A stretch of DNA of 64,000 nucleotides, taken from Candidatus Calditenuaceae archaeon HR02. GTDB taxonomy: Archaea > Thermoproteota > Nitrososphaeria_A > Caldarchaeales > Calditenuaceae. The stretch is from assembly GCA_002898395.1 (NCBI GenBank), contig BEHE01000002.1:32001-96000 (forward strand). Reading direction: 5' to 3'. A model generated the notes under the pieces. It ran no database searches. It had not been told where the DNA came from and saw only the letters and a list, made by a program, of their open reading frames with translations. Shown piece by piece: positions 1 through 10,631 of this stretch. The translations under genes and the position numbers were made by a program. Numbering within the stretch: position 1 is the stretch's first letter; the number at the start of each line of letters is the position of its first letter.

Positions 1-2
1 GA

Positions 3-1910
3 TTACCAGGGCCATATCCACGAGGCCTTTGAAAGTAGCGTAAACGAAATTCCAATGCCTACCGTGATGCCTAGCCCCGAGAAGAATCCCGCTATGAAGA
101 AGTTTTTCACAGACTCCCACCTCTCCCTACCGAAGGATCTTGAGATGACTAGGTTTGCTAATAGAGAGCCGATCAGGATTGTTAGGGCGTATGGCGGGAG
201 TATAAAGAACCCTAGCACCAAAGGGAATGTAGGGAGAGCTAGACCAATTCTTTGGAAGAAGGCTTCGAGGGATACTAACCCGAGAGCCGACAGCGCGCCA
301 ATTCCGAGGTGTTCAGGTATCACGGCGATCTGTCGCGTAGCGAATAGGCTGTCATTAGTCGCGAAGATTGGCCAGTAAATCATCGTTATTGGATAGACAT
401 TTGAAGGGATAGGTGAAAGCCTCCAAAAGAAGTCCATGGCGATTAATCCAATAATACCAACTAGTGTGAAGGCAGCTGCTACCCCTATGAAGTAGTGTGT
501 CGGGCGCGTGGAAGTGAGGTAGCTGACCTTCCCCAGCTGGGTTAAGTATCCTGTATATCCCAAGTTGATATAGGGTGAGTAGACCCACCCCGCATAACCT
601 TTATACGGGGTGAAATAGACGATAACCTGCCACGGCCAAGGTATTGCGGGGAAATATCCCACCTCGCCTAAGGACCTTGCCGCTACCATAGCTATGAAGA
701 AGCTAAGCCCAACAGAAGTAAGGAGTGCTACCCACATAGGAAAGCCGGGGACCAACACCATGAATAAGACTACCGACCCAAGCGACGCGAATAGGAATAG
801 GAATAGGGAGAATCTCAAGGGAAGGTCTGCTTCCCTAGGCTTGATAACTGCGGATGCGAATAGCCTCAGGCTCCTTGAAAAGGTTTTACGATATGCTAGG
901 ATCAATGCGATTGCGATACCCATTATGAATCCGAATTGTGGGCTAATCCATATCCTCTGGAATGACCTCTGATATATTGAGCCTATGGTCATTCCCCTGT
1001 AGTATTCAGAGAACCAGAGAGGAAAGAAGTCGGGTGAAGAGGTGAATATAGTATTGGCTACGATCCAGATTGCGGTAGATCCTATCAGGGTTGATGCCGC
1101 AATCTTAATTGGAAGGACCATTCCCAGTCCAAGTGTGAAGGGGTCTGTGGCGATTCCTACCAGAGCTCCGGGAATATACTTCTCGGTAAGCCAGACAAGG
1201 TCAAACCAGGGTATGGGCAGGAGAGGGACGCCGAATAGGAAACCTGCATAAGTCATGAATGCATAGATAACTCCTGTAAGTATACCAAGTATGTATATGG
1301 ACATCTGCTGCTCCTTCCTTTCAATTAGGACGCTTATTAGAGACGCCTCAACGTGTGCTAAAGGATACCTTAGTTTCTCCTCTTTGACGAATATATATGT
1401 GAACATAATTGCTAGGCCTATCTCGGCCATGGCCAACAGGGCGAACGACAATCCAGTCACGATCAACGCTGAGAGCCAATCGGGGTGAAGGAGCGTCCTC
1501 AGCTGGTAGACAGGCGAGAAGCTAGGCGGCGCCAGCCACGTCGGTACTAGTTGGTTGATAGGGGTTCCATCAATCAAGAAATACTGGGTAATAGGTGTGG
1601 TTACATAGAATGTTCTATAGACTAGCCAGTAGTAGGGGGGGAGTGTGGAGGACATGACTGCAACGCTGCTGTAAATGACGAATAACTCCTGCTTTCTGAG
1701 CGGGCTTCCAAAAAATCTTGTAAGCTCTGCGAAAAGTATAGCTATTATTGTGACCGCAATTGCTGGCGAGAGTGCGCCGGATATAAGGTTAAGATAAAGT
1801 GAGACGGGTATGAATAGGACCGCTGCGGTCAAGATTGCGAGAATCGCCCTCCATGAAATTCCATATTCCAGTTCTTCAGAGGGCTGAGTTTCCTTCAGCT
1901 CCGTCACCAA
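3..1910 (-). CDS. OPT-superfamily-like polytopic membrane protein (putative peptide transporter)
   Basis: 635 aa with many TM segments; N-terminal GISWRAIL motif and 'LRYPLAHV' resemble OPT-type uncharacterised 'peptide transporters'. Confidence 0.65.
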   Translation of the reverse strand: MVTELKETQPSEELEYGISWRAILAILTAAVLFIPVSLYLNLISGALSPAIAVTIIAILFAELTRFFGSPLRKQELFVIYSSVAVMSSTLPPYYWLVYRTFYVTTPITQYFLIDGTPINQLVPTWLAPPSFSPVYQLRTLLHPDWLSALIVTGLSFALLAMAEIGLAIMFTYIFVKEEKLRYPLAHVEASLISVLIERKEQQMSIYILGILTGVIYAFMTYAGFLFGVPLLPIPWFDLVWLTEKYIPGALVGIATDPFTLGLGMVLPIKIAASTLIGSTAIWIVANTIFTSSPDFFPLWFSEYYRGMTIGSIYQRSFQRIWISPQFGFIMGIAIALILAYRKTFSRSLRLFASAVIKPREADLPLRFSLFLFLFASLGSVVLFMVLVPGFPMWVALLTSVGLSFFIAMVAARSLGEVGYFPAIPWPWQVIVYFTPYKGYAGWVYSPYINLGYTGYLTQLGKVSYLTSTRPTHYFIGVAAAFTLVGIIGLIAMDFFWRLSPIPSNVYPITMIYWPIFATNDSLFATRQIAVIPEHLGIGALSALGLVSLEAFFQRIGLALPTFPLVLGFFILPPYALTILIGSLLANLVISRSFGRERWESVKNFFIAGFFSGLGITVGIGISFTLLSKASWIWPW

Positions 1911-2031
1911 ATCGATTACATTCCAAGTGATATCGGCTTTTTTATAGGTTTATCCGTAAAATAATCAATCTTATTTTAATCGATTGCAAGTAAGATTTAT
2001 ATAAGAGTATGTCACTTGCTTAATCGAGAAA
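1910..2031. promoter_or_regulatory. Divergent promoter region with two AATCGATT(A/G)CA palindromic-core sites
   Basis: AT-rich intergenic with TATA-like TTTTTATA and TTTATATA; AATCGATTACA at 1910-1920 and AATCGATTGCA at 1978-1988. Confidence 0.45.
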
Positions 2032-4125
2032 ATGAGCGCACAATCTACCTCGGTTATAAGAGGATTAACCGTAAGGTCCATATTGATCGGTGCAATTCTG
2101 GTTATCGTTGCTCAAGCAATAGGGGACATGACATGGCTATACACGTCGAAGACAGGCACAATCAACGCCTTCTGGCTACCCTTCATCTATATCGTTCTAC
2201 TCAACGAGCTGATAGGGCGTACAAATCCACGGCTTAGGCTTACTGCACAAGAGCTCGTTTGTATCTTCCCAGCGCTAGCCCTTGTAAACAGCATAAAGTA
2301 TTACCCGAAGGGCGCCTTGAGCGGTGGCGAGGCTCTTTCAGGCTACATAGAGAAAACGATTGTATCGGTAGGAGCTGGGATGAACGATCCCACTACAGGG
2401 GAGTATTGGAGGATGATGACACCGCCCTGGATGTTCCCAAAGGATCCCACGATGATAGCGGCTTGGCAGACAGGGTTGACGCCAGGCCAACAAATTCTCT
2501 GGGGAGAGTTCCTTCCACCGATAATATACTGGTCACTGTACACCATTCTGATGTACTATCTAGCGCTCTTCCTCGGGTTCGGCGTTTGGGGGAGAAGATG
2601 GGTTGATGTAGAGCGCCTCATATTTCCACTCTCAATCCCAATGATATACATGATACATAACGCATCTGACATTGATCCGGAAACGAATAAGTCGAGATGG
2701 TTCCGATTGCAAGAGCCAACTCTTAGAGTCTTCTGGGTGTCTTTCTTCATAGGTCTAATAGCTTCGCTTATACCGGTTTTTGGCGAGGTTGTTCCTCCGT
2801 TAGCCGTCTTCGGAGCATTCGCTTGGGGAGAGCAGCCATTACTGATTTTCGGGCTTCCATCGATAATGCCAGGCGCAATGGCAAAGGGTGTATTCCAAGT
2901 CGACCAAGTGGCGCTCTGGTTATTGCTTCCAAACAATCTACTCATAACGGCTGTACTTGCGTATGTGGTTTTTGGCCTCCTCTATCAGTGGATCGGCGTC
3001 ATAAGTGGAGCACTACCCTACAACCCTGGGATGGAGTTCCTTTGGAACTGGGAAGATATTCCGGCCAACTGGTTCCCATTCCCGTATAGACATGTAGGGA
3101 TACTAGGGATGATGGTGGGGCTAGGCATAATTACGTTGATAACGCTTAGGTCACGATTTGTGGAGCTTGCCCGTGCATTGAGAGGAAGGTCTGAAAACGA
3201 GTATGGGCTGTCTACGAGATCTATTGCCTGGTTTGGGCTCATAGTCACAATAGCGATTTTAGCTCTCTTCACAGCATCCGGGGTCCCATTCATCATCGCT
3301 TTAGCGATGGTGGTGTTCGCATACATCTACTGGACCGCACTGGCTAGAGTAACCGCGACTTTGTGGTGGCACGTCGACGACTTCGCAAACAACGGAGGAG
3401 TGGGTACTTACATCTTCCCGCTGGGCGTAGCGTTAGGATATTGGCCGGCTACAGTACCCACAACCGGTACCACGAACTTCGGGCTCTTCGCCACAGGCAT
3501 ACTCACTATCCCATTCAACAATACATGGACTCTGAGGGTCAACGGTTTCGGACCAGGAGCCGCCGTAACCTACTACAAGATTGCCAGAGAGACAGGCACT
3601 AATGTCCGAGACGCTATAGTGGCCGCTACAACGATTATTGCAATTGGCGTAGTGTTTGGGTACGTGTGGAGGATATGGCTCCTCAACCATGCTGGAGGCC
3701 TTGCAAACTCTAATGCGTGGGCTTGGACAGCCGGCATGAAGTTCAGCAACTTCATAGGTGGGACATCTTACGTACCTGTTGGAGCCACAGATTGGGTACC
3801 AGGCCTCACCTATGGACTGGTAGGAATCATAATAATCGCCGTTGTCTGGTTCCTAAGGTCAAGGTTTGCATGGTTCTTCATCGACCCAACCTCGCTGACC
3901 ATGAGCATGGCGGTAGGTCTGATATGGACTTGGCTATCGGGACTGGTGGCCCTAATAATCAAGGTAGTACTGATCAGGACTATAGGTGTGAGAAGATTCG
4001 AGTCATACGTTATCCCCATTGCAGCGGGTATATCACTTGGCTTCGGCGCGCCAATCCTCCTAGCAGGACTAATAGAGTTCTTCGCTGTGGTGCTGCCGAG
4101 ATTCTCAGCCCAATTCGTACCCTAA
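2032..4125 (+). CDS. OPT-related polytopic membrane protein (DUF6785/DUF6784-like)
   Basis: 697 aa hydrophobic; GLTVRSILIG start, 'WVDVERLIFPL' motif, C-terminal 'IIKVVLIRTIG...PIAAG'; apparent distant paralog of 3..1910. Confidence 0.6.
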   Translation: MSAQSTSVIRGLTVRSILIGAILVIVAQAIGDMTWLYTSKTGTINAFWLPFIYIVLLNELIGRTNPRLRLTAQELVCIFPALALVNSIKYYPKGALSGGEALSGYIEKTIVSVGAGMNDPTTGEYWRMMTPPWMFPKDPTMIAAWQTGLTPGQQILWGEFLPPIIYWSLYTILMYYLALFLGFGVWGRRWVDVERLIFPLSIPMIYMIHNASDIDPETNKSRWFRLQEPTLRVFWVSFFIGLIASLIPVFGEVVPPLAVFGAFAWGEQPLLIFGLPSIMPGAMAKGVFQVDQVALWLLLPNNLLITAVLAYVVFGLLYQWIGVISGALPYNPGMEFLWNWEDIPANWFPFPYRHVGILGMMVGLGIITLITLRSRFVELARALRGRSENEYGLSTRSIAWFGLIVTIAILALFTASGVPFIIALAMVVFAYIYWTALARVTATLWWHVDDFANNGGVGTYIFPLGVALGYWPATVPTTGTTNFGLFATGILTIPFNNTWTLRVNGFGPGAAVTYYKIARETGTNVRDAIVAATTIIAIGVVFGYVWRIWLLNHAGGLANSNAWAWTAGMKFSNFIGGTSYVPVGATDWVPGLTYGLVGIIIIAVVWFLRSRFAWFFIDPTSLTMSMAVGLIWTWLSGLVALIIKVVLIRTIGVRRFESYVIPIAAGISLGFGAPILLAGLIEFFAVVLPRFSAQFVP

Positions 4126-4170
4126 AACCTTTTTTCTACCCGTATACCCCCTCCTATTAGTGGATGAAAA

Positions 4171-4806
4171 GTGAGCGAGCTAGAGACTATCAAGCTTGCT
4201 CTTGGCGACAAGGTTTCCAACATTGCGTGGGACCTTGATGGGTGGGTCATTCAACTGAAGAATTCAAACTTGCTCAACCTCAAAATATCTCGAAGGCTGG
4301 TGGGAATATCTTTTGACTGGGAATGGCACTTCGTGACAACATTAATTATGCATGAGGAGGTTGACGAGGCTGGGTTACACTTGTATAGAGAGATGAAACG
4401 TAGAGAGGTCCAGATAAGGAGGAGGGGTATACTGAGATATTCTTACGAGTGGGTGACCGGTGAGCTGCTTATCAAGGTTTTCCCCGAACTACCGCCCGCG
4501 AATGACTTACTTATCTCGCTAAACAGAGACGAAAACCTCCAGCACTTACTTAGACGGTCTTCAATAGATGAGCTCTACATAAACACTTACTTTGAGCTTG
4601 GGGGAGCCAGCCTATCCGACCAGGCCCTTAGAAAATATTATGAGTCGCCCACGATGGTTGGATGGCTTATAACCGCGATCAAAGGACCAGGCTCTGAGTG
4701 GAGGTTCGGCCCAATTGTTAAGCGGATCTATGAACTGCTCGACTATCTTGCCGGTAAGCTCCTAGAGTTCTCTAGGGAGCTTGAGTCGAGGCTCGCTTTC
4801 CTATGA
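4171..4806 (+). CDS. hypothetical protein
   Basis: 211 aa ORF co-oriented with the transporter; no recognised motif. Confidence 0.6.
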   Translation: MSELETIKLALGDKVSNIAWDLDGWVIQLKNSNLLNLKISRRLVGISFDWEWHFVTTLIMHEEVDEAGLHLYREMKRREVQIRRRGILRYSYEWVTGELLIKVFPELPPANDLLISLNRDENLQHLLRRSSIDELYINTYFELGGASLSDQALRKYYESPTMVGWLITAIKGPGSEWRFGPIVKRIYELLDYLAGKLLEFSRELESRLAFL

Positions 4807-6351
4807 TACGCTACAAATCTCGATGTTTCTTATCTTAGCGATGCAGGTGATGTGTTGATATACTGTATGGAGAGATGCGCTGGTGAGCTGCCACCTGGCG
4901 CGCCAGTCAATAATGATGTAGTTACTGTCAAGAATGTCTCTCACAATTTTCTCCTGTACTTTCTGTTCGTGTATAGGCCAGGAACTGTATAGCTCTCCCG
5001 AAAAATACTTCAAGATCGCCTCGAAGAAACTGTAGCTTCCCAAGCCCATGCCTTCATACATCATGTATCCGTATGAGTCTATCACCATGTTTGATGGATA
5101 CTCTCTGGACAGGAAGGTGTATATGGGTTCGAAGGCAATCACAGAAAAGTGGGATGCCCCCATCTCTATCAGTAACTGGGATACCCTGACTGGCGTGTCA
5201 TCTCTTGTCGCAGGAGGATTATATACGGATATTATTCCGGCTTGTATCAAAGCCATAGAAAGTATCCAGATTGGGGTAATTTTCGTCAGGAAGACGTGGG
5301 TTATTGACGTCTTCCAAGGCACAAGCCTCAACCTTGACCCTAACTCTACAGCCACGCCTATAACATAGGAAAGCGGAGTTATGATGTGTTGGATATAGTG
5401 GCCGAAGAAGGTCTTGGTCAGAGAGAACGCTATTATATAAGAGAGGCTCCACATCGCCCAAAGATATATGTCATTAGACACAAGCTTAGAGCGGACTAGA
5501 GATGGAGCCATGAGAAGGGCTAAAAAGAGAGATGGGAAACCAGCCCAAGTTACGCCTAAATCCAAAATAGATGTTAACATCCAGCGTAACCGCTCTGTCT
5601 GAGCTATACCGTCTGAGGGGCGTACTATATGAAAGAGTATCGTCTGCTTTAGGTAGGTGTCGGGTTCGGCCAATATGTATTTTGAACTAATCAATAGATA
5701 GGTAATGATGGCTGATGAGAAAATGAGTGTGGATACCCGGATTCTTCTCGACACTATTGCATGTAGCAGGATTGCACCTGCCCCGAAGAGGCCGCTCATT
5801 TTAGAGGAGAGTGACAACCCCAATGCAAGCCCGGAAGTAGCCGACAGTATAGCTTCCTGGGTAGGAGTTCGGCATTTACGAAGTAACACGTAACTGAGAA
5901 CAGAGACTGAGAGAAAGAAGTCGACATATGGCTCGAGCATGACCATTCGCGAATTATAGGAGGCAAATCCATCAAGGGCCAGAAAGGCTGTGCCTATTAG
6001 CGCTGCCAGCTTTCCCACTGACATGTATGCTGCAGCGGCTAGAACAATCAAAGTCGCGGATCCTAGCATTGCTGATATGGCCCTAGCACGTGCATATGCT
6101 TGGGGCCCTCCATCGCCCACAACAAATTCCAGGACATGGAGAGAGAGTGGCGGGTGGGCGAAAAAGAAGTCAATATAGGGTGTATAACCTTTAGATAGGA
6201 GTAGGGATGCTGAGAGGTGAACTCCCTCGTCATAGTCGTGCCATCCGCTCTCAGCCCCCAGGTTTGAGAACCTTACCATGATTCCCGCTAAAACGACACC
6301 AGCTAATGCAATAATGTACAGTATGCGATTGGCATTAAGCATCGACACCAT
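4801..6351 (-). CDS. GT-C fold glycosyltransferase (ArnT/PMT, GT39/GT83-like)
   Basis: DYDEG after TM1, 'YIDFFFAHPPL', 'SRMVMLE', 'GLSLSSK'; multiple TM segments. Confidence 0.8.
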   Translation of the reverse strand: MVSMLNANRILYIIALAGVVLAGIMVRFSNLGAESGWHDYDEGVHLSASLLLSKGYTPYIDFFFAHPPLSLHVLEFVVGDGGPQAYARARAISAMLGSATLIVLAAAAYMSVGKLAALIGTAFLALDGFASYNSRMVMLEPYVDFFLSVSVLSYVLLRKCRTPTQEAILSATSGLALGLSLSSKMSGLFGAGAILLHAIVSRRIRVSTLIFSSAIITYLLISSKYILAEPDTYLKQTILFHIVRPSDGIAQTERLRWMLTSILDLGVTWAGFPSLFLALLMAPSLVRSKLVSNDIYLWAMWSLSYIIAFSLTKTFFGHYIQHIITPLSYVIGVAVELGSRLRLVPWKTSITHVFLTKITPIWILSMALIQAGIISVYNPPATRDDTPVRVSQLLIEMGASHFSVIAFEPIYTFLSREYPSNMVIDSYGYMMYEGMGLGSYSFFEAILKYFSGELYSSWPIHEQKVQEKIVRDILDSNYIIIDWRARWQLTSASLHTVYQHITCIAKIRNIEICSVS

Positions 6352-6439
6352 GTAACTGCCCCTTTATTGGAAATTGTAAAATTAATAGATGAATATTCTG
6401 AATAAGACTTATACGCCGCGTTCACGGATGTAGGGTAGA

Positions 6440-9400
6440 ATGGCCCTCCGCTTAGCAGTTTTGACGACCATTTACGTGTTTATCGTCTTATACATACTCT
6501 TAGGTAGCGTGAATGCGAGTGAGGAGGCTGTAGGTTCGTCCACAATAGTTTTTACTGTTTTGAGGAGCGATAATAGGCCCGTGGAAGATGGGCTGAGGTT
6601 CGTAGTGCTGGATTCGTCGGGCTCGGAGACAGTACTTGAGACAGTAGGTGGAAGGTTGATGGTCCCATCTAAAATGGGAGCTCACCTAGTAGGTCCACTG
6701 GTTGGGAGCGGAGATGCCTACCTCCCAATCAACATCTCCTTAGATAGTTTCGCGGATTCAGATTTAGAGCCTGTGATAGTGCTTGAGAGGGCTGTCGTAG
6801 TCAAGTTTGTTGAGCTGTTTCCTTGGATTGACGGAAGCCCACTGACGGTCCACTATAGGCTCGAGCTTGAAAGCGAGGGGTCGATCTATCCTAAGACAAT
6901 GCGCTGGAGCCACTATGTCGAAGGGTTGAAGAGGGTGGTTGGGCTTGGAGAGGGAGAGGTCCTTGTTCCGCTCTCTCTGAGCTATAGGCTGTACGGGGAG
7001 TTTGAGTCTGCGGAAGGCGGGGTGGTTAGTTGGACAGCAGACCTCACAAGGCCAATCCGCGAAGCCCAGCCAATCTCTCTGCTACATGCAATCTATCCGC
7101 AGGCCATAAGAGTTGTAGAGAATATCGCCTCAGAGGCCAGATCTAAGCTTGAAAATCTTACTGTGAAGGGGGTCTACCTAGGATACCAACTAGCTATGGT
7201 TGAGAGGGCCAGGGAGCGTATCGAGTCTTCGAGAGAGATGTTCGAGCAGGGTCGGTTAAGAGGCGCATACCAGCTGCTAAGGAGGGCCTACATGGACCTA
7301 GTGGGAATAAACGCGGTATTGTCCGGCTACAATGATCGACAGGTCTCAGGCGGTGTTCTCTTCCCGCTTTTCATGGTTTTGGGGGCGCTCACATTTAGCC
7401 ACCTAGTCTTTGGCGAGAAGAAGTCCAGCATACTTGCGGGTTTGGGTTTGATTAGCGTCATTACATTCGGTTTTATGGCAATTGCATACCCATTTTTATT
7501 GCCTAGCGACGCGTGGGGATGGTCAACCCTCCTATATAGCATACTTGCCATGCTCGGCCTATTCTTGAGCATCCCATCTCTAGGCCTTGAGATTAGGACG
7601 CAGCGCGGAGTGGCATTGCTTGCAGCCTCGTCACTGGCGTTCAGCGTTGCGAGTAGGTTCCTCAAGACACGGCCGTTGAGAACTTGGATAATGGTGGTTA
7701 TGGCTGCAATCACGGTGTCATCCACCCTGCTACTTATCAACACGGGCATCGAGAGCCAGGTATTCGTATCAAGCCCGCTAGAAAAAACCAGCCCACCGGA
7801 CACACCCTACATTGTAGCATATAGTAGAGAATATAGATACGATAATCTGGCTGCTGTTGATATGCGTTATGTCAGCTTCTTTAGAAGCCTCGGATTGGAT
7901 GTCGGGCTAAGGGCGGAGACACCAATCGCCCAGCCGAGTGGCAGAGAATACTACATCAACAATAGGAGGTATAACCTGAGAGGTATTATTGGTGTTTCCG
8001 GCAATACGCCCTTACCAAAAGAACTGTTACAATGCATTATTTCTGGAGAAGTAGACAATGTTGGGCTGAATTCTTCAGCTTCAGTCATTTCTCAGGACTT
8101 GGCAGAGAATCTTGGAGTCTCGGTTGGATCTCAGATAATCGTTAATGGGCTTAAGCTCCGAGTTGTTGGAATAATAGGTATTGATTGCCCAACGTATCTT
8201 AAGGACGTTGACGGGTATTTTGCATCCACACTTATCCGGCCTCCCATGTCCCCCGTTACACCTGCGGGCTGGTCAAATGTAATAGTGACCGGACTTGACG
8301 AGGCACTTAGGTTAGGTGCGGTTCCCACCAAAATATATGTGGTGGGTGGAAGCGACGACAAAATCTATGAGCTCGCCGAGGTGATAAGTCTCCACACCAA
8401 CCTCAAAGTCAGGGTTATTAAGTCTGGAGGCGAAGTCTACGTCTTCAATCTAGTAGGTTTAAGGGGCATATCGGGGGGAGAGGCTCTTGTTGTTGCGAGT
8501 ATCGCTTTCTTAAACCTCATGGTTGCGTCCTTAGCAAACTATTATGAGAGGAGGGGGGAGTTCTTTACAATGTCAACGCTAGGGCTCAATCCCGGGCATA
8601 TCTTGCTGCTAACTTTGGCAGAGGCCATATTCCTCGGCACCATCTCCGCGTTTCTGGGAATATTGGTGGCGCTAGTTGTCCTGAAAATTGTACCCGCTGT
8701 TACACCCATACCCATTGACTTCAAGCTATCGGTGGAGAGCTTGATGGGCGTACTCGCTCTCTCCGCCATGATTTTCATCACCTCACACATTGTATCGGTT
8801 CGCAGAAGTATCATACTCACCACCCCCGCCCAGACTTGGAAATGGGTCTTGACAAAGGCTTTAGACGACGAGGGATACTGGAAGGTCGAGCTACCCGCCA
8901 AGCTGAGAGCATCAAGAATTAAACACTTCATAACCTACATAAGCTCTAGGCTCAGCGAATACAGCTATACCACGACCGTGAACATAAACGTCCAGGAAGT
9001 TAAAGAGGATGTGATGTTAGGAGTCTATAGGATAAGATTCATCTACTCTTCAACTGAGCAGAGGTCCTTCAGAGCTGCTTGCATACTTGAGGTGTATAGA
9101 CGTGGAGAGTGGTGCTCTCTTGTCCTGCGATCAAAGATCGAGGCACAGGATGCTAGGTTCATTGACCAGTACATTAGGGAGATAACTCAGCTTATACGGC
9201 AGTTCACTATAGAGTATGCTTCCCTGACTATTCGGATTTTGGTCCCGCTGGGCCGTGACCTTGGGCATATTATGCCGCTACTCTCTGTCTACAACCCCAG
9301 CGAGGTAAAGCTCATTTGGCGTGGAATGTCGGAAGAGGATTTGAGAGGGGCTGTAGAGGAGCTGGAGAGAAACATGGTTAGGGTCGCTGTGGTCAGGTTG

Positions 9401-9607
9401 TCTTCTTCAGGACCGGTTGCCGCTGACGCCAAGACTGTTATCGAGGCCGCAAAAGGCTGTGACTTGGTCTGTATATCATCTGACGATGGTTATCTTTCTT
9501 CTATTGCTCTGCTAGCCGCACAGCGCCTTAATAAGCGGATATGTATCGTCAAGGACTCTATGGTTATTGAAGCTACAGCTGTAAGCCTGTGGGAGCAGCT
9601 CCGCTAG
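6440..9607 (+). CDS. Large FtsX/MacB-type ABC permease with C-terminal CARF-like domain
   Basis: Signal peptide, extracellular domain, 'RPLRTWIM', MacB-type periplasmic core, FtsX motif 'YERRGEFFTMSTLGL'; extra Rossmann-like tail of about 125 aa. Confidence 0.75.
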   Translation: MALRLAVLTTIYVFIVLYILLGSVNASEEAVGSSTIVFTVLRSDNRPVEDGLRFVVLDSSGSETVLETVGGRLMVPSKMGAHLVGPLVGSGDAYLPINISLDSFADSDLEPVIVLERAVVVKFVELFPWIDGSPLTVHYRLELESEGSIYPKTMRWSHYVEGLKRVVGLGEGEVLVPLSLSYRLYGEFESAEGGVVSWTADLTRPIREAQPISLLHAIYPQAIRVVENIASEARSKLENLTVKGVYLGYQLAMVERARERIESSREMFEQGRLRGAYQLLRRAYMDLVGINAVLSGYNDRQVSGGVLFPLFMVLGALTFSHLVFGEKKSSILAGLGLISVITFGFMAIAYPFLLPSDAWGWSTLLYSILAMLGLFLSIPSLGLEIRTQRGVALLAASSLAFSVASRFLKTRPLRTWIMVVMAAITVSSTLLLINTGIESQVFVSSPLEKTSPPDTPYIVAYSREYRYDNLAAVDMRYVSFFRSLGLDVGLRAETPIAQPSGREYYINNRRYNLRGIIGVSGNTPLPKELLQCIISGEVDNVGLNSSASVISQDLAENLGVSVGSQIIVNGLKLRVVGIIGIDCPTYLKDVDGYFASTLIRPPMSPVTPAGWSNVIVTGLDEALRLGAVPTKIYVVGGSDDKIYELAEVISLHTNLKVRVIKSGGEVYVFNLVGLRGISGGEALVVASIAFLNLMVASLANYYERRGEFFTMSTLGLNPGHILLLTLAEAIFLGTISAFLGILVALVVLKIVPAVTPIPIDFKLSVESLMGVLALSAMIFITSHIVSVRRSIILTTPAQTWKWVLTKALDDEGYWKVELPAKLRASRIKHFITYISSRLSEYSYTTTVNINVQEVKEDVMLGVYRIRFIYSSTEQRSFRAACILEVYRRGEWCSLVLRSKIEAQDARFIDQYIREITQLIRQFTIEYASLTIRILVPLGRDLGHIMPLLSVYNPSEVKLIWRGMSEEDLRGAVEELERNMVRVAVVRLSSSGPVAADAKTVIEAAKGCDLVCISSDDGYLSSIALLAAQRLNKRICIVKDSMVIEATAVSLWEQLR

Positions 9608-9608
9608 G

Positions 9609-10631
9609 CTACGCCGCCATTCTTATAACCTCTGCTATTCGGGGAATAGCAACCCTGATCTCCTTGAGGGGTAGGGGCTGTAAGACTAGGTGTTCAACAC
9701 CTGCGTCTAGGTACTCTCCTATACGCTGGGCCGCATCTTCTATAGACCCAACAATGTTAAGCGCCGACACCATTTCAGGTGTCACGTCACCCACAGAGGT
9801 TACGGCCTTGAAGCCCATCTTCCTAACTCTAACCGAGTTGAACCAGAGGACTGTCTGTGCAAGGAGTGGTATTCCCTTCCTGAGGGCTGAATTCCTTCTC
9901 TTTTCGATTACAGTGAAGGCCATACAGCCGGCTTCAATCTTCCGCGGCTTCCTACCAGCTCTCTCTGCGGCCTCGTAGAGAGCCTCCAGCTCCAAGGAGT
10001 ATATCTGTGGAGGGACACATATTGGCAGCCAGCCATCCGCAACACCCGCTATCCCCCTGATCACCCTGTCTATGTTCGCTGCAGCCCATATGGGTGGGTG
10101 AGGCCTCTGCACGGGTTTCGCCCCGAAGCCCGGAGTCCTTATGCTAAAGAATTTTCCCTGAAACTCTACACTACCCCCACTCAAGAGCTTTTCCAACACT
10201 CCTATGAATTCTAAGAACCTCTCAGCCACATCTCCTTGGACTGAGAAGCCCCATTCGGGACTGGGGCAGCAGCTACCGACCCCGGCTATCAGTCTGCCCT
10301 CCGAGAGGCGGTCCAGCGATATGAGCGTCTGGGCAGTATTGACCGGGTGTCTTCTATAAGTGGCTAAGACAGCGCTTCCGACACTAACCCTGCGAGTTGC
10401 CCTAGCCATTTCGGCCATACAGAGGATGGCGTCTTGGGTTTCTTTTTGGAAAACGCCTACTAGGTCGTCATTAACCCACACGCTGTCAAACCTTACCCCC
10501 TCAACCTCCCGCGCAATTTTAGCTGCGGCATCGAGAGAGAAGTTGGGGAGGGAGATACCGAATCTCACACGAGGACGTGGCACAGAAGACAGTCTGCGAG
10601 GTTGGATAAAAGGTCTATCAGGATTTAACAC
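9609..10631 (-). CDS. LLM-class (luciferase-like) flavin/F420-dependent oxidoreductase
   Basis: FDSVWVND, 'LDRLSEGRLIAGVG', 'KPVQRPHPPIW', 'ADGWLP'. Confidence 0.85.
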   Translation of the reverse strand: MLNPDRPFIQPRRLSSVPRPRVRFGISLPNFSLDAAAKIAREVEGVRFDSVWVNDDLVGVFQKETQDAILCMAEMARATRRVSVGSAVLATYRRHPVNTAQTLISLDRLSEGRLIAGVGSCCPSPEWGFSVQGDVAERFLEFIGVLEKLLSGGSVEFQGKFFSIRTPGFGAKPVQRPHPPIWAAANIDRVIRGIAGVADGWLPICVPPQIYSLELEALYEAAERAGRKPRKIEAGCMAFTVIEKRRNSALRKGIPLLAQTVLWFNSVRVRKMGFKAVTSVGDVTPEMVSALNIVGSIEDAAQRIGEYLDAGVEHLVLQPLPLKEIRVAIPRIAEVIRMAA

